Virus record (IMG/VR): IMGVR_UViG_3300042564_003366
Coordinates: 1-64,000 of that record
Direction: 5' to 3' (one strand)
DNA: 64,000 nucleotides
From: a virus
The notes below the pieces were generated by a model that was not told where the DNA came from, did no database searches, and saw only the letters and a list, made by a program, of their open reading frames with translations. Positions 50,735 through 61,305 of this stretch are shown here, one piece after another. The position numbers and the translations under genes were made by a program. Position 1 is the first letter of the stretch, and every line of letters starts with the position of its first letter.

Positions 50735-52972
50735 ATGTTAATAGATAATTTGTATAATGGTGGTATTTTAAGTAATGAAATTAAATATGATTTAATGCAT
50801 TGTGGGTTTCTTGGTGGGGCTAAAATTAATATTGATTTTGGTGAAACAAAGGAAATTAAAAATATTGCTAAATTAGATAAAGTTTTAAGTTACAATATTG
50901 AATATAAGAAATATGAATTAAATTTAGTAGTTGATACGCACATAAAGAAAGTAGATAAAGTTTATGTAATAAATAAAAATATTATATGTGGGGAAACTCA
51001 AAAATTTTATGTAGATAATTTTGGTTGGAAGAAAGCGAAGGATTTAGTCATATCAGATAAGATTTTTAATGTAACAGAATATATTACTATTGAAGATTTT
51101 GAGATAAGGTATGAGGATTATATTTTATATGATTTAACAATTGAGAAGAATCATAACTTTTTTGTTTTGGGCAATTTGGTCCATAATCAAATTAATATAT
51201 CAGCAACCCCAACAAGTTCAGTTACCCCCACCCCAACGCCAACTATAACACCAACCATAACAATTACTCCAACAATATCAGTAACAACAACTATTACTCC
51301 AACTATAACACCAACCAGAACGGTAACTAGGACAATAACTCCAACACTAAGTATTACGGAGACTGTATTTCCGACAGCAACACTTACTAGAACTCCAACC
51401 ATATCAATAACCCCAACAATAACACCAACAATATCAATAACAACAACTATAACACCAACTAGAACGATAACGCCAACCATATCAATAACGCCAACCATAT
51501 CAATAACACCAACTCAAACCATAACGCCAACTCAAACCATAACACCAACGAGGAGTATTACTCCAACTATCACAAATACAATAAGTGTAACCACAACCCC
51601 AACAATAACTCCAACCATATCAATAACCCCAACAATAACACCAACAATACCAATAAAAACATTATTCCAAGATTGTAAAAATAATTCAATAAAGTATAGA
51701 TTTAGTTCTATTGGTTTGACATTTAATGTAGGGGAAATTTATGAGGTAAATGGTAATGGATTGCACTTTTTTGGTCAAGTTATTGCTTATGCCGAGCAAG
51801 GTACATTATACAGTTCAAATGGTATTGTATTCACAGGGCCACATACGGTATGTCCAAGTTTTTGTTTAACAAATGAATATACTTTATTAGATGGTTTTGC
51901 TGGTAATTATAAATCTGGTGGAACATATAATTCTAAAATATACTACACTGGTGACACTAGTGGCTTTGTTTATTATAATAATAGTGAATGGTGTTTAAGT
52001 GATAGTTTAGGGGGTGATTGTATAATAAATGGTAAATCACCTTGTTTTTCTATTACCCCAGACTTTAATTCATTAATCATATATTCAGGCTATTGTGTTA
52101 CACCAACGCCAACGCCATCAGTAATAAGTAGTATTAATTTTGATGCTTCTTTTACTTGTGAAATTGATATATCGCCAACCCCATCAATAACAAGAACGAT
52201 AACACCAACTGCATCATTAAGTGTAACGCCTAGCACTAGTATAGTTTATAACGAGAACATAGATTTATTATTATCTGGTTATACACCAAATTTAACCGTA
52301 ACTCCAACCGTGACACCTTCTATTACCCCAACTGAACCAATACAAATATTGGGGGCAGTTACATTTAATATGTTGGAAAATAGGTTTGCCAGAAATGGTG
52401 GTGTTAAGGTATTAAAAGATTGTAATTCTGGTGTATATTATTATGTTTCGCAAGATTTAATATATAATGGGCAACCAATTTTAACTGGTAAAATATTGAG
52501 GTTAAATGCCCAAGGGAATACAATTTGTGTTAATTACATTAGGGATAATGACAATTCTAGCACGAATTTATTTTTTGATGAAATAATTTCGGTTGGGGAT
52601 AGTTGCTCAACATGTGTAATATCACCAACACCAACAATAAGCATAACGTCATCAGTTAGTGTAACGCCATCACAATCAATTATGCCAACACCAAGTTTAT
52701 CAAGTAATTTGGTTTTTGTATTTGAAAGTTGTGGAGTTATATCACCAAGTATAAAGAAAAGCCAATTGGTTCAAACACAGCCATATGCGGAAATGTTAAA
52801 TATTGGTGATGTAGTTAAAGACTTTAATTTAAATTGCTGGGTATTTTTGGGGTATTTTAATAATAGTTATATACCAAGTAGTGATTTTATCTCATTAACA
52901 TATAATGGTAATTATTTTAATAATTATGAATCAAATATATATATAAATTGTCAAAATTGTACAAATGGATAA
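50735..52972 (+). CDS. Hint-domain protein with mucin-like Thr/Pro region and Cys-rich domains
   Basis: CGFLGGAKI (block A-like), GWKKAKDL, YDLTIEKNHNFF (block F), LVHN (block G), then about 150 aa of TPT repeats. Confidence 0.8.
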   Translation: MLIDNLYNGGILSNEIKYDLMHCGFLGGAKINIDFGETKEIKNIAKLDKVLSYNIEYKKYELNLVVDTHIKKVDKVYVINKNIICGETQKFYVDNFGWKKAKDLVISDKIFNVTEYITIEDFEIRYEDYILYDLTIEKNHNFFVLGNLVHNQINISATPTSSVTPTPTPTITPTITITPTISVTTTITPTITPTRTVTRTITPTLSITETVFPTATLTRTPTISITPTITPTISITTTITPTRTITPTISITPTISITPTQTITPTQTITPTRSITPTITNTISVTTTPTITPTISITPTITPTIPIKTLFQDCKNNSIKYRFSSIGLTFNVGEIYEVNGNGLHFFGQVIAYAEQGTLYSSNGIVFTGPHTVCPSFCLTNEYTLLDGFAGNYKSGGTYNSKIYYTGDTSGFVYYNNSEWCLSDSLGGDCIINGKSPCFSITPDFNSLIIYSGYCVTPTPTPSVISSINFDASFTCEIDISPTPSITRTITPTASLSVTPSTSIVYNENIDLLLSGYTPNLTVTPTVTPSITPTEPIQILGAVTFNMLENRFARNGGVKVLKDCNSGVYYYVSQDLIYNGQPILTGKILRLNAQGNTICVNYIRDNDNSSTNLFFDEIISVGDSCSTCVISPTPTISITSSVSVTPSQSIMPTPSLSSNLVFVFESCGVISPSIKKSQLVQTQPYAEMLNIGDVVKDFNLNCWVFLGYFNNSYIPSSDFISLTYNGNYFNNYESNIYINCQNCTNG
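51203..51652 (+). repeat. Coding TPTITPTISI mucin-like repeat
   Basis: Degenerate 12-18 nt units, almost entirely T/P/I/S. Confidence 0.85.
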
Positions 52973-53273
52973 TCTTAAAGTTTTTATCAATGGTTTAACT
53001 GGGGCTAGTCCTTTTCATATATATATATGTCAACCAAATATAAATGAATGTTTTTATGTGAATACTATAACTGGTACTACATATAACTTTGATATACCAA
53101 AACCTTTTGATAACAACACATCATATTTCTTGAAAGTTATTGATAATAATGAAAATATAATTATTGGATTTATGGGGATAACCCCAACCCCAACTATAAG
53201 TATAACACCAAGCATTACACCATCAATAAGTTTAACACCAACACCCACAGCAAGTGTTGTCGGTGGGGCTTAA
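52965..53273 (+). CDS. Small beta-rich protein, paralogue family member 3, with TPT tail
   Basis: INGLTGASPFHIYIC...YNFDIPKPF....YFLKVID aligns with the 34877 and 35137 proteins. Confidence 0.7.
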   Translation: MDNLKVFINGLTGASPFHIYICQPNINECFYVNTITGTTYNFDIPKPFDNNTSYFLKVIDNNENIIIGFMGITPTPTISITPSITPSISLTPTPTASVVGGA

Positions 53274-53298
53274 ATAAACTAAAATGAATTTTTAATAA

Positions 53299-56200
53299 AT
53301 GGCATATAAAATAATATCATTAGGTACACCAGGTCAAATTGATGTGCCATCAACATGTTTAGGAACAACGGGTTTAACAAAATATATTGATGAAACTTTT
53401 GCTATAACAAATGGTTTAATAATCTATAATGATACAAATTTAACAACACGAACATATACATCTAATCCGGGGGGTTATTCATTAATAATAGATGGGTTGT
53501 TTAAGTATGCTGTAACATTTGACGAGAGTGGAACGGTTAGCGTAGTAACTAGTTGTGGGATACCAGCATCATTAACCCCAACACCAACAATATCAATAAC
53601 ACCAACAATAAGCATTACTCCTACAATAACACCAACAATATCAATAACACCAACAATAAGCATTACTCCTACAATAACACCAACTAATACAATAACGCCA
53701 ACTATTACTATTACATCATCGGTAACACCAACAGCAGGTTTATCTCCAACACCAACAACAAGTTTAACGCCAACCATAACACCAACCATAACTCCTACAA
53801 TAACAATTAGCCCAACGATATCATTAACACCCAAATCAACACCAATTGGCCCTGAATGTGATATTCCTATAACAATATTACCATTAGAAGTTATTTGTGA
53901 TCCAACAGATGCTACTTGGCCTAATTGTGATGATGGTCAAATTTCCTTAAAAATAAAAGGTGGTACGCCACAATATAAAATATATATAAATGGGGTTCTA
54001 ACAACTGAAGACCCAATAATTAATTTAAAACCAGGTGTTTATGAAATACGAGTGGTTGATTTTTATGGTGATTACATTGTAGTAATTTTTTGTGAAGTTA
54101 AATGCCCATCACCAATATCGCCAACCCCAACAAAGAGCGTTACACCTTCAAGAGTTACACCAACCCCAACAAAGAGTGTTACCCCTTCAAGAGTGACACC
54201 AACGCCATCTAAAACAAGGGTTACACCAACGCCCACAATGACACCTAGCCCAAGTGGTCAACCTTGTGTTGTTATGCTTATGGGGGTTGATGATAAATTG
54301 CTATATAGTTTTAGTTTAATTGGTGAAAATTGGTATGAAACACCAGAGCCAAAGATTTTTGATGTTGCGGCATATTCAGCAGCACACAATGGGGTATCAA
54401 CATGGGTTGTTGGTGGTGAGGCAACTGAAGCAAGGTTGGCTTATTCGTATGATGGGATAAATTGGACATCTATTGCAAACGGTTCATCTATATTTGAATC
54501 GAGATGTAGTGTAGTTATACATGATGGTAGTAAATTTATAGCAGGTGGTGGCGGTGACTACGGAGGTCAAATTGCAACATCGCCAGATGGAATTAGTTGG
54601 ACAGTTGTTGCAGAGGATCTTTTTGATGGTGGTGATTGTTTAACATTGTCATACAATGGTAGCATATATGTTGCTGGGGGTTCAGGTTTTATTACTAGTT
54701 TGGCTTATTCAAATGATGGAATTACTTGGTTGCCTATTGCTGGTAGTGGAGCATTAATGTTGCTTGTTAAATCTATTGCAACAAATTGTTCTGGGTTTGT
54801 TGCTGTTGGTGGTAACACTGATAATAGTCCTACGGGTAATACCATATTAACATCTGAAGATGGGATTAAATGGGTTGGTGAAGGTGTTGACGATATTGGT
54901 ACGGGTAATTCAGTTGTTTGGAATGGTTCAAATTGGGTTGCTGGTGGTGAAAGTTTTGGTGGTGTTTTGTCATCGTATATCGTTTCATCAGATAGTCATA
55001 CTTGGACACCAATTGAATTTGATACTATTGTAACTGCATTACATTGGAATAATAGACGATTGTTTTATGGTGGTGAACCAGATGGTAATTTACCAATTAA
55101 GAATTTATATAAGACAGCACCCCAACCAGGGAGTTACACAGATAAGAGTGATTTAATTACACCATATGCACAGAATATGGTTAATTTCATTTCATCTAGG
55201 TATTCTGGATGTTTGGGTTATAATGAAGATTGTATTCCGCCCGAACCATCACTTAGTGTAACACCATCTATAACACCAACAATAACACCAACCAAATCAA
55301 TAACAAGAACACCATCAATAACACCAAGTATAACGCCAACAATATCAATAACACCAAGTATTACACCAACAATATCAATAACACCAACAATTACGCCTAG
55401 TATATCAGTAACTAGAACCGTTACTCCAACAATATCTATAACAAAAACACCTACCCCAACGACAACAACGCAACCAGATGAGTGTGTTGTATTGGTTGTA
55501 GTTCCAAATGTACCAAATAACCCATTAGTATCTGATGGTGTTAAGGTTTATAGATTTAAAGTTGATACTGGTGCAACTACATTATATGCTGATTTAAAAG
55601 ATGTAAATAATGATCCAATATTTGCGAATGATATTGCGATGACCGAAACCAAATTCTGGTTATACAATGCATCAAACCCCAATATAATTCACGAGTATAA
55701 TATTACTAGATTACTTAACCCTTGGACTTATTCGTATAGTAGAAAAATAACAGCAGATGTTAATTTAGGTAAAGGATTAGCAGCAAAAAATAATACCACA
55801 TTAATTGGTGGGGGTTACACACTAGATTCAAATAATGTTTCCACGATATATGAATTTGATATATCTGGTTCTCAAGCAACTAAAAAGCCTCTTTTTGATT
55901 TACCAGGTGGGGGATCAATAGTTGAAGGTGATTTATATTACAATAAACAAAACGGTGTAATATATGCTGTTTATTACAGACTAATAAATGACCCAAATAA
56001 TCCAGGACAACAATTATTAGAATCAAATATTGGTATGTTTGACCCTAATAAGAATGGAGCAAATAAATTAGTTAGAAATTATACATTACCATTTAGCGGT
56101 GTTCTTACAATTTTCGTTGATAGAGGTAGACTCTTTATTGTTGAAAATCAAGAGGACACTAAAAATGTGGTTTATCAAATTGATTGGGTCACATTAGCAC

Positions 56201-59200
56201 CAACACTTTTTAATGTTAATGTTGGATTAACTGATTTGTTTAGGGGTGGTGCAGAGTCGGATGATTGTAGAAAAATATTATGTAATGAATTAGTCAAAAG
56301 TCAAGATTATGGTAATTATGGTTTCCCAATTGAATTTGAAATTCAATTAGATAGATTAGTGGGGGGGACCGTTAATTTTAAATATACTTCAGCAGATAAA
56401 CCAACAAGATTTATTCTTGTTTTTGATGGTCAACCAATTGTTGATACTGGGTATGTTGGTGCTCCAATATATGGGCATAAAGTTCCGCCACAAACAGCAG
56501 AAAGAAATTTATTTACAACATCTCTAAATGGTAAAATTGACCCAATAACGGGTAATTTTTATCCAAATTCTTCGACAACAGACCCAGCACCAGATAATTT
56601 CCCAAACATTAATCAAACGGCATTAAAATCGTTTATTAAGAATTCTTCAACATCAACTCTAGTAGTTAGAGTATATGCGCCATTAGACCAAACAATATGG
56701 TCATTTGAGGTTAGTTGTCCAATACCACCAACACCAACTCCAACGAGGACAAAAATTGTACCATCTTTAACCCCAACACCGACAAGACCAGACCCAGATG
56801 GGTGCATACCATGTAACAACAATGTTCAAATCAAGGGTACTCAAACATATGGTAAGAAATATTGTATTATAGTTCCAAATAATGGTTTGGTTGAATTTTA
56901 TTTTGAAACATATGTAAATCCTGATAGGTTTATTATTGAATATGAAGGTGAAATTATTGGAGACACAGGTTTTGTTGGATTAGAAGCTGATAGTGCAACT
57001 CCTGGGTTTGGTAGAGGTGGGGGTAATAGACTATTTTTCCAACGAGGTGTAGTTAATGATTTAGAACCTATTACTAATATAACATATCCAAATATTTTAG
57101 CAAGAGATACTTATAAAACCCCACCAAATGATGATTCTGTTGGGTATCCAGTTGTTCATAGTGTTAGTTATACACCTGAACAAATACAAGGTAATCCAAT
57201 GCCATTTGTAAAGGTAAGTACAGGTTATAATAATTGTGATTTTTGTCTATATGGTCCTTGTAGAGGTCAAGGGTTAACTGATAGCAAATGTGGAACCATT
57301 TCGTTTGTAAAAAATGGAGTGTCAGATAAAATATATGTTTATGCTTATGGACCAGAAAGTAATACTGAGTGGTTTTTTAGAATGAAATGCCCACAACCGT
57401 ATAAGTGTGATCAAGTTGTGTATCCTGATACAACATTTAATTGTTATTACAGCACTTACGCTATAAGTGGTGATACAGTTCCAGGTCTTGTTAGATTTGA
57501 GAGTATTTCTAAAAATACACCAGTTAGGTTTATCCTTAGAGACCTAAATAAGACACAAGTTGTTGATACTGGTTATATTGGTGATTTGAAATATAATATA
57601 GGTGGAGGTGAAAGAAATATTTTTAATACATCTTTGGTTGGTAAACTAGATCCCTACTTAAATCAAAATTATCCTATAGCATATGATGCACAAAATCCAA
57701 GACATATTAAAATAGCAGCAGATGGTTATCCTATTGTTTATGCGACAAATGAATTTGAAGAGTATTTTTATAAAAAAGATAATCAACCAATTACAGCATA
57801 TGTTGATGTTTTTGACCCATTATGCCAATATGATTGGGAGTTCATTGTATTGTGTCCTTGTGAATTGGATTGTTTTGATGATCCTACACCACCAGACCCA
57901 TCAGTATCGGTAACACCATTAAATAGTATCACACCAACACCTACTATAACTAAAACTATAACAAGTACACCATCAGTAACGCCAACGGTAGGGTTGTCTC
58001 CAACACCAACAAGAACGCAAGCACAACAACTTGATTGTTTTGATTGTTCTAATGTTCAATATGCAGGAGGGCAAGTATATCCAGCAAGGTATTGTTTTAA
58101 TATAGGTACAGATATAAATCAAGTTGTTCCTCTTAATTTTAATACAATAAATTACCCCGATAGGTATATTGTAAAATTTGATAATAATTTTGTTATTGAC
58201 ACAGGGTATGTTGGTTCAACTGGGTATGGTTATGGTGAACCATTAAGAGGTGATTTTATATCAACATTATTGGGTAAAATTGACCCAATTAGTGGTTTGG
58301 GTTATCCAGATGTTAATATACCAAATACTGAAAGTGATGGATTTCCAATCATTTTTGGTAGTAAGGTTACTTCACGTAATTTTGTAAAAAATACAAATAC
58401 TAATATTGTTTATGTTGAGGTTTATGCACCAATGTTAACAACACAATGGTCTTTCTCACTTGGGTGTGGAGTTAATAATCCAGATGAATTAATACAAAAT
58501 TCAGTATTAAGTCCAACATTAACACCTATGCCTAGTATAACCCCTACCTTAACGCAAACGAATAACCCATACGCAAATATATGTAGAGTGTTTTCTGCTG
58601 GTAGAGACTTAACGGGTAACAATAGATGTTTAGTTGCTTGTGAAACAAGTAGTCAAATATTTGGTAAATATTTAACATTTAATGGTTCTATTGGTTCTAT
58701 TTATTATGCTAATCAAACGGCATGTGAAACTAATAATCAAAGATTGTGGGGTTTTGAAAGGACATTTGTCGTAAATGGCATATGTTATACAATAAATGAT
58801 TCTGGGGCTATAGTTAGTTCAACTTTATGTCAAGTTGTAACCCCAACGCCAACACCATCAATAACACAAACAAATTCATCACAAGAATTAATTAATGCGT
58901 CTATTGTATTAGGTATTACGTTTACTGGTGTATATAGAATTTATTTTAACCAAAATTTAAGTGGGGTGACACAAACAGATAAATTAGTCAATTTACCTGA
59001 CAATAATTATACTGATATAGCAATATCAGGTACAAAACTTTGGTTAAATAGTATTTTGAATAATAGTATTGATGAATATAATATAACTTTATCGCCTTGG
59101 ACTTATTCATATAGTAGAACAATAAATATTTCTAATTATTTAGCAAGTGGTAATGGTCTAGCATATAAATCAAGTAATGTTCTTATTTCAGGAAATCAAG

Positions 59201-61227
59201 GAATATATGAGATTGATATAACGACTAATAATGGCTTGGAAACTTTATTATTTATGCTTCCAAATAATGGAGGGAATATTGTTTCAGAGGTCAATGGGGA
59301 TATTTTATATAATCCTACAAATGGTAATTATATTATTATATATAATACAATATATAGGGATAGTGGTGTTATTGAACATTATATTGGTGAGTTCTCATCA
59401 AATGGTTCATTGTTGAATAGGGTTACATTAAGTAGGGATGATTTCTATAGCATTTTTGCACAAAATCAGAAAACGTATGTTACTACAGTGACAAATGAGA
59501 TATTTGAATTAAACTCAAATTTTGATTTAGTTTATTTTGGTTTAATGGATGATATTAGCCTTAGAGGTGCGGCCAATTTAGAAAGTGCTATAATGCCAAT
59601 TCCACAACCTTCTATAACCCCATCAAAAACCCCATTCCCAACTAGAACAGCCACAAGGAGTGTAACCCCAACTAGAACGGTAACAAGAACTATATCAAGA
59701 ACTCCAACACCAACTAAATCATTAACACCAAGCATTTCAATCACACCAACCATAACACCAAGTATATCTATAACTCCGACTATAACACCAACTATATCAA
59801 ATACAAGGCCATTTGTTCCATCATTTTGTTCAAATTGTCAACCATCTGGACAATGGAGGCAGTATAATGCAGATTGTTGTTACCTTGTTGAAACATTACA
59901 AGTCAATACTCCAACATCAAATATTTATACAACTTCACCAAGCAAGTCTAATAATTACTCTATGTATGGTGCAAGATTTTATAATGATGGTTTCACAAAG
60001 GATGGTAGGGGCGAGATTTCTTATTTCTCAAATACATTAGACATTTGGGCAAACACATATTCACAAGATGGGTTTGGTCCTATGAATAGGAGCGGTGTTT
60101 GGGCAAGTAATATTGAAAATAAATGGGTAGGATTTGCAATTCCATTGGGTGGTAATGTTTCTGGAAAAAGATATTGGATTGGTATTGGAGCAGAAAATAA
60201 CTTCAAGATTATTTTAAATGGGGTTGAATTAATCAATACCACAACACCTCCAGCAACATATCCATTAACTGGGGATTCATATAAGTATTGGCATGTATAT
60301 CCAATTGATGTGTTTGCTGGAACAAGCATACTTGAAGTATATGGCTTAAATGATACTTATGGTTCATTTGGCTGCGAGGTATATGATAAGGATGTTTATG
60401 ATTTGATAAATGCAACATCAGTTGATAACTTGAATATTGTGTTTTCAACAATAACTAAACCTAATTTTGAGTTGGTTCAAAATTTATCAAACATATATTT
60501 AACAAATGGTTTTTCTTGTGCTACCAATTTCTCATATTCATCAATAAATAATAATTGCCAAAAGATATTAACTTGTTGTGATACGCCATCAGTTTCTTTG
60601 ACACCTAGTGTATCAATAACGCCAACAAAAAGTGTTACAATTTCACTCACACCATCAAGACCAATACCAACATATTACCAATCAACACTAAGTATTGTAA
60701 TAGATAGTGGTATCTGTGATAGTTGGGGAGTTATACCATTTGTTGATAAAGATTCTGTTTGTTCTAACTATAATGAATGTTTTACTGGTGTTACATCATC
60801 AAGCAGTGTTTCTTTATATATGACAAACAAAAGGACTCCACAAACACCAATAGTTGGGGATTTATTGTATGATTCAAATGGTGTAAAACCCCAAGCAGGT
60901 TGGTATATAACAAAAGATGGAATTACAAACAACACAAAGGTTATTTTTGTAAATTCAATTGGTATGTTATCTTCTTCTGAATTTTGTTTTGAAACCAAAA
61001 TAGCAAAAGGGCAAACCAATAATTCTTGTTCATCTTTGATTTATGATACAATAACAATTTATAAAACTTACAATTATCTTACAAATGTTTCAAAATTATA
61101 TAGAAGCCAAACAAATGCCCAAATGGGAGTTTCTGATTGGAATGGTTGGTACTATTTTGTGGCTGTTGATAGTAAAGTATTAACCATTGATTTTGATGGT
61201 GTTATTATTAATATTGAGCAATGTTAA
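53299..61227 (+). CDS. Giant (2642 aa) modular surface protein with TPT linkers, beta-propeller-like and repeated beta-sandwich domains
   Basis: Many TPT linkers; SxDGxxW Asp-box-like repeats; two PWTYSYSR-containing domains; four DTG(Y/F)(V/I)G domains; an SprB-like unit; Cys-rich. Confidence 0.75.
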   Translation: MAYKIISLGTPGQIDVPSTCLGTTGLTKYIDETFAITNGLIIYNDTNLTTRTYTSNPGGYSLIIDGLFKYAVTFDESGTVSVVTSCGIPASLTPTPTISITPTISITPTITPTISITPTISITPTITPTNTITPTITITSSVTPTAGLSPTPTTSLTPTITPTITPTITISPTISLTPKSTPIGPECDIPITILPLEVICDPTDATWPNCDDGQISLKIKGGTPQYKIYINGVLTTEDPIINLKPGVYEIRVVDFYGDYIVVIFCEVKCPSPISPTPTKSVTPSRVTPTPTKSVTPSRVTPTPSKTRVTPTPTMTPSPSGQPCVVMLMGVDDKLLYSFSLIGENWYETPEPKIFDVAAYSAAHNGVSTWVVGGEATEARLAYSYDGINWTSIANGSSIFESRCSVVIHDGSKFIAGGGGDYGGQIATSPDGISWTVVAEDLFDGGDCLTLSYNGSIYVAGGSGFITSLAYSNDGITWLPIAGSGALMLLVKSIATNCSGFVAVGGNTDNSPTGNTILTSEDGIKWVGEGVDDIGTGNSVVWNGSNWVAGGESFGGVLSSYIVSSDSHTWTPIEFDTIVTALHWNNRRLFYGGEPDGNLPIKNLYKTAPQPGSYTDKSDLITPYAQNMVNFISSRYSGCLGYNEDCIPPEPSLSVTPSITPTITPTKSITRTPSITPSITPTISITPSITPTISITPTITPSISVTRTVTPTISITKTPTPTTTTQPDECVVLVVVPNVPNNPLVSDGVKVYRFKVDTGATTLYADLKDVNNDPIFANDIAMTETKFWLYNASNPNIIHEYNITRLLNPWTYSYSRKITADVNLGKGLAAKNNTTLIGGGYTLDSNNVSTIYEFDISGSQATKKPLFDLPGGGSIVEGDLYYNKQNGVIYAVYYRLINDPNNPGQQLLESNIGMFDPNKNGANKLVRNYTLPFSGVLTIFVDRGRLFIVENQEDTKNVVYQIDWVTLAPTLFNVNVGLTDLFRGGAESDDCRKILCNELVKSQDYGNYGFPIEFEIQLDRLVGGTVNFKYTSADKPTRFILVFDGQPIVDTGYVGAPIYGHKVPPQTAERNLFTTSLNGKIDPITGNFYPNSSTTDPAPDNFPNINQTALKSFIKNSSTSTLVVRVYAPLDQTIWSFEVSCPIPPTPTPTRTKIVPSLTPTPTRPDPDGCIPCNNNVQIKGTQTYGKKYCIIVPNNGLVEFYFETYVNPDRFIIEYEGEIIGDTGFVGLEADSATPGFGRGGGNRLFFQRGVVNDLEPITNITYPNILARDTYKTPPNDDSVGYPVVHSVSYTPEQIQGNPMPFVKVSTGYNNCDFCLYGPCRGQGLTDSKCGTISFVKNGVSDKIYVYAYGPESNTEWFFRMKCPQPYKCDQVVYPDTTFNCYYSTYAISGDTVPGLVRFESISKNTPVRFILRDLNKTQVVDTGYIGDLKYNIGGGERNIFNTSLVGKLDPYLNQNYPIAYDAQNPRHIKIAADGYPIVYATNEFEEYFYKKDNQPITAYVDVFDPLCQYDWEFIVLCPCELDCFDDPTPPDPSVSVTPLNSITPTPTITKTITSTPSVTPTVGLSPTPTRTQAQQLDCFDCSNVQYAGGQVYPARYCFNIGTDINQVVPLNFNTINYPDRYIVKFDNNFVIDTGYVGSTGYGYGEPLRGDFISTLLGKIDPISGLGYPDVNIPNTESDGFPIIFGSKVTSRNFVKNTNTNIVYVEVYAPMLTTQWSFSLGCGVNNPDELIQNSVLSPTLTPMPSITPTLTQTNNPYANICRVFSAGRDLTGNNRCLVACETSSQIFGKYLTFNGSIGSIYYANQTACETNNQRLWGFERTFVVNGICYTINDSGAIVSSTLCQVVTPTPTPSITQTNSSQELINASIVLGITFTGVYRIYFNQNLSGVTQTDKLVNLPDNNYTDIAISGTKLWLNSILNNSIDEYNITLSPWTYSYSRTINISNYLASGNGLAYKSSNVLISGNQGIYEIDITTNNGLETLLFMLPNNGGNIVSEVNGDILYNPTNGNYIIIYNTIYRDSGVIEHYIGEFSSNGSLLNRVTLSRDDFYSIFAQNQKTYVTTVTNEIFELNSNFDLVYFGLMDDISLRGAANLESAIMPIPQPSITPSKTPFPTRTATRSVTPTRTVTRTISRTPTPTKSLTPSISITPTITPSISITPTITPTISNTRPFVPSFCSNCQPSGQWRQYNADCCYLVETLQVNTPTSNIYTTSPSKSNNYSMYGARFYNDGFTKDGRGEISYFSNTLDIWANTYSQDGFGPMNRSGVWASNIENKWVGFAIPLGGNVSGKRYWIGIGAENNFKIILNGVELINTTTPPATYPLTGDSYKYWHVYPIDVFAGTSILEVYGLNDTYGSFGCEVYDKDVYDLINATSVDNLNIVFSTITKPNFELVQNLSNIYLTNGFSCATNFSYSSINNNCQKILTCCDTPSVSLTPSVSITPTKSVTISLTPSRPIPTYYQSTLSIVIDSGICDSWGVIPFVDKDSVCSNYNECFTGVTSSSSVSLYMTNKRTPQTPIVGDLLYDSNGVKPQAGWYITKDGITNNTKVIFVNSIGMLSSSEFCFETKIAKGQTNNSCSSLIYDTITIYKTYNYLTNVSKLYRSQTNAQMGVSDWNGWYYFVAVDSKVLTIDFDGVIINIEQC

Positions 61228-61282
61228 AAAAACAAAAATATGTCTATATATATAATATGAGCAAAATGATAAAATAACTATT

Positions 61283-61290
61283 TATTTATA
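61283..61290 (+). promoter_or_regulatory. Putative late promoter TATTTATA
   Basis: 15 nt upstream of ATG 61306. Confidence 0.55.
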
Positions 61291-61305
61291 TAATTTTAAA
61301 ATTAA

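Noticed and set aside
50801-51187. Canonical splicing intein or homing element
   Set aside because: No endonuclease domain, +1 residue is Gln, block B His is missing, and it is not inserted in a conserved enzyme. Reported as a Hint cleavage domain instead.
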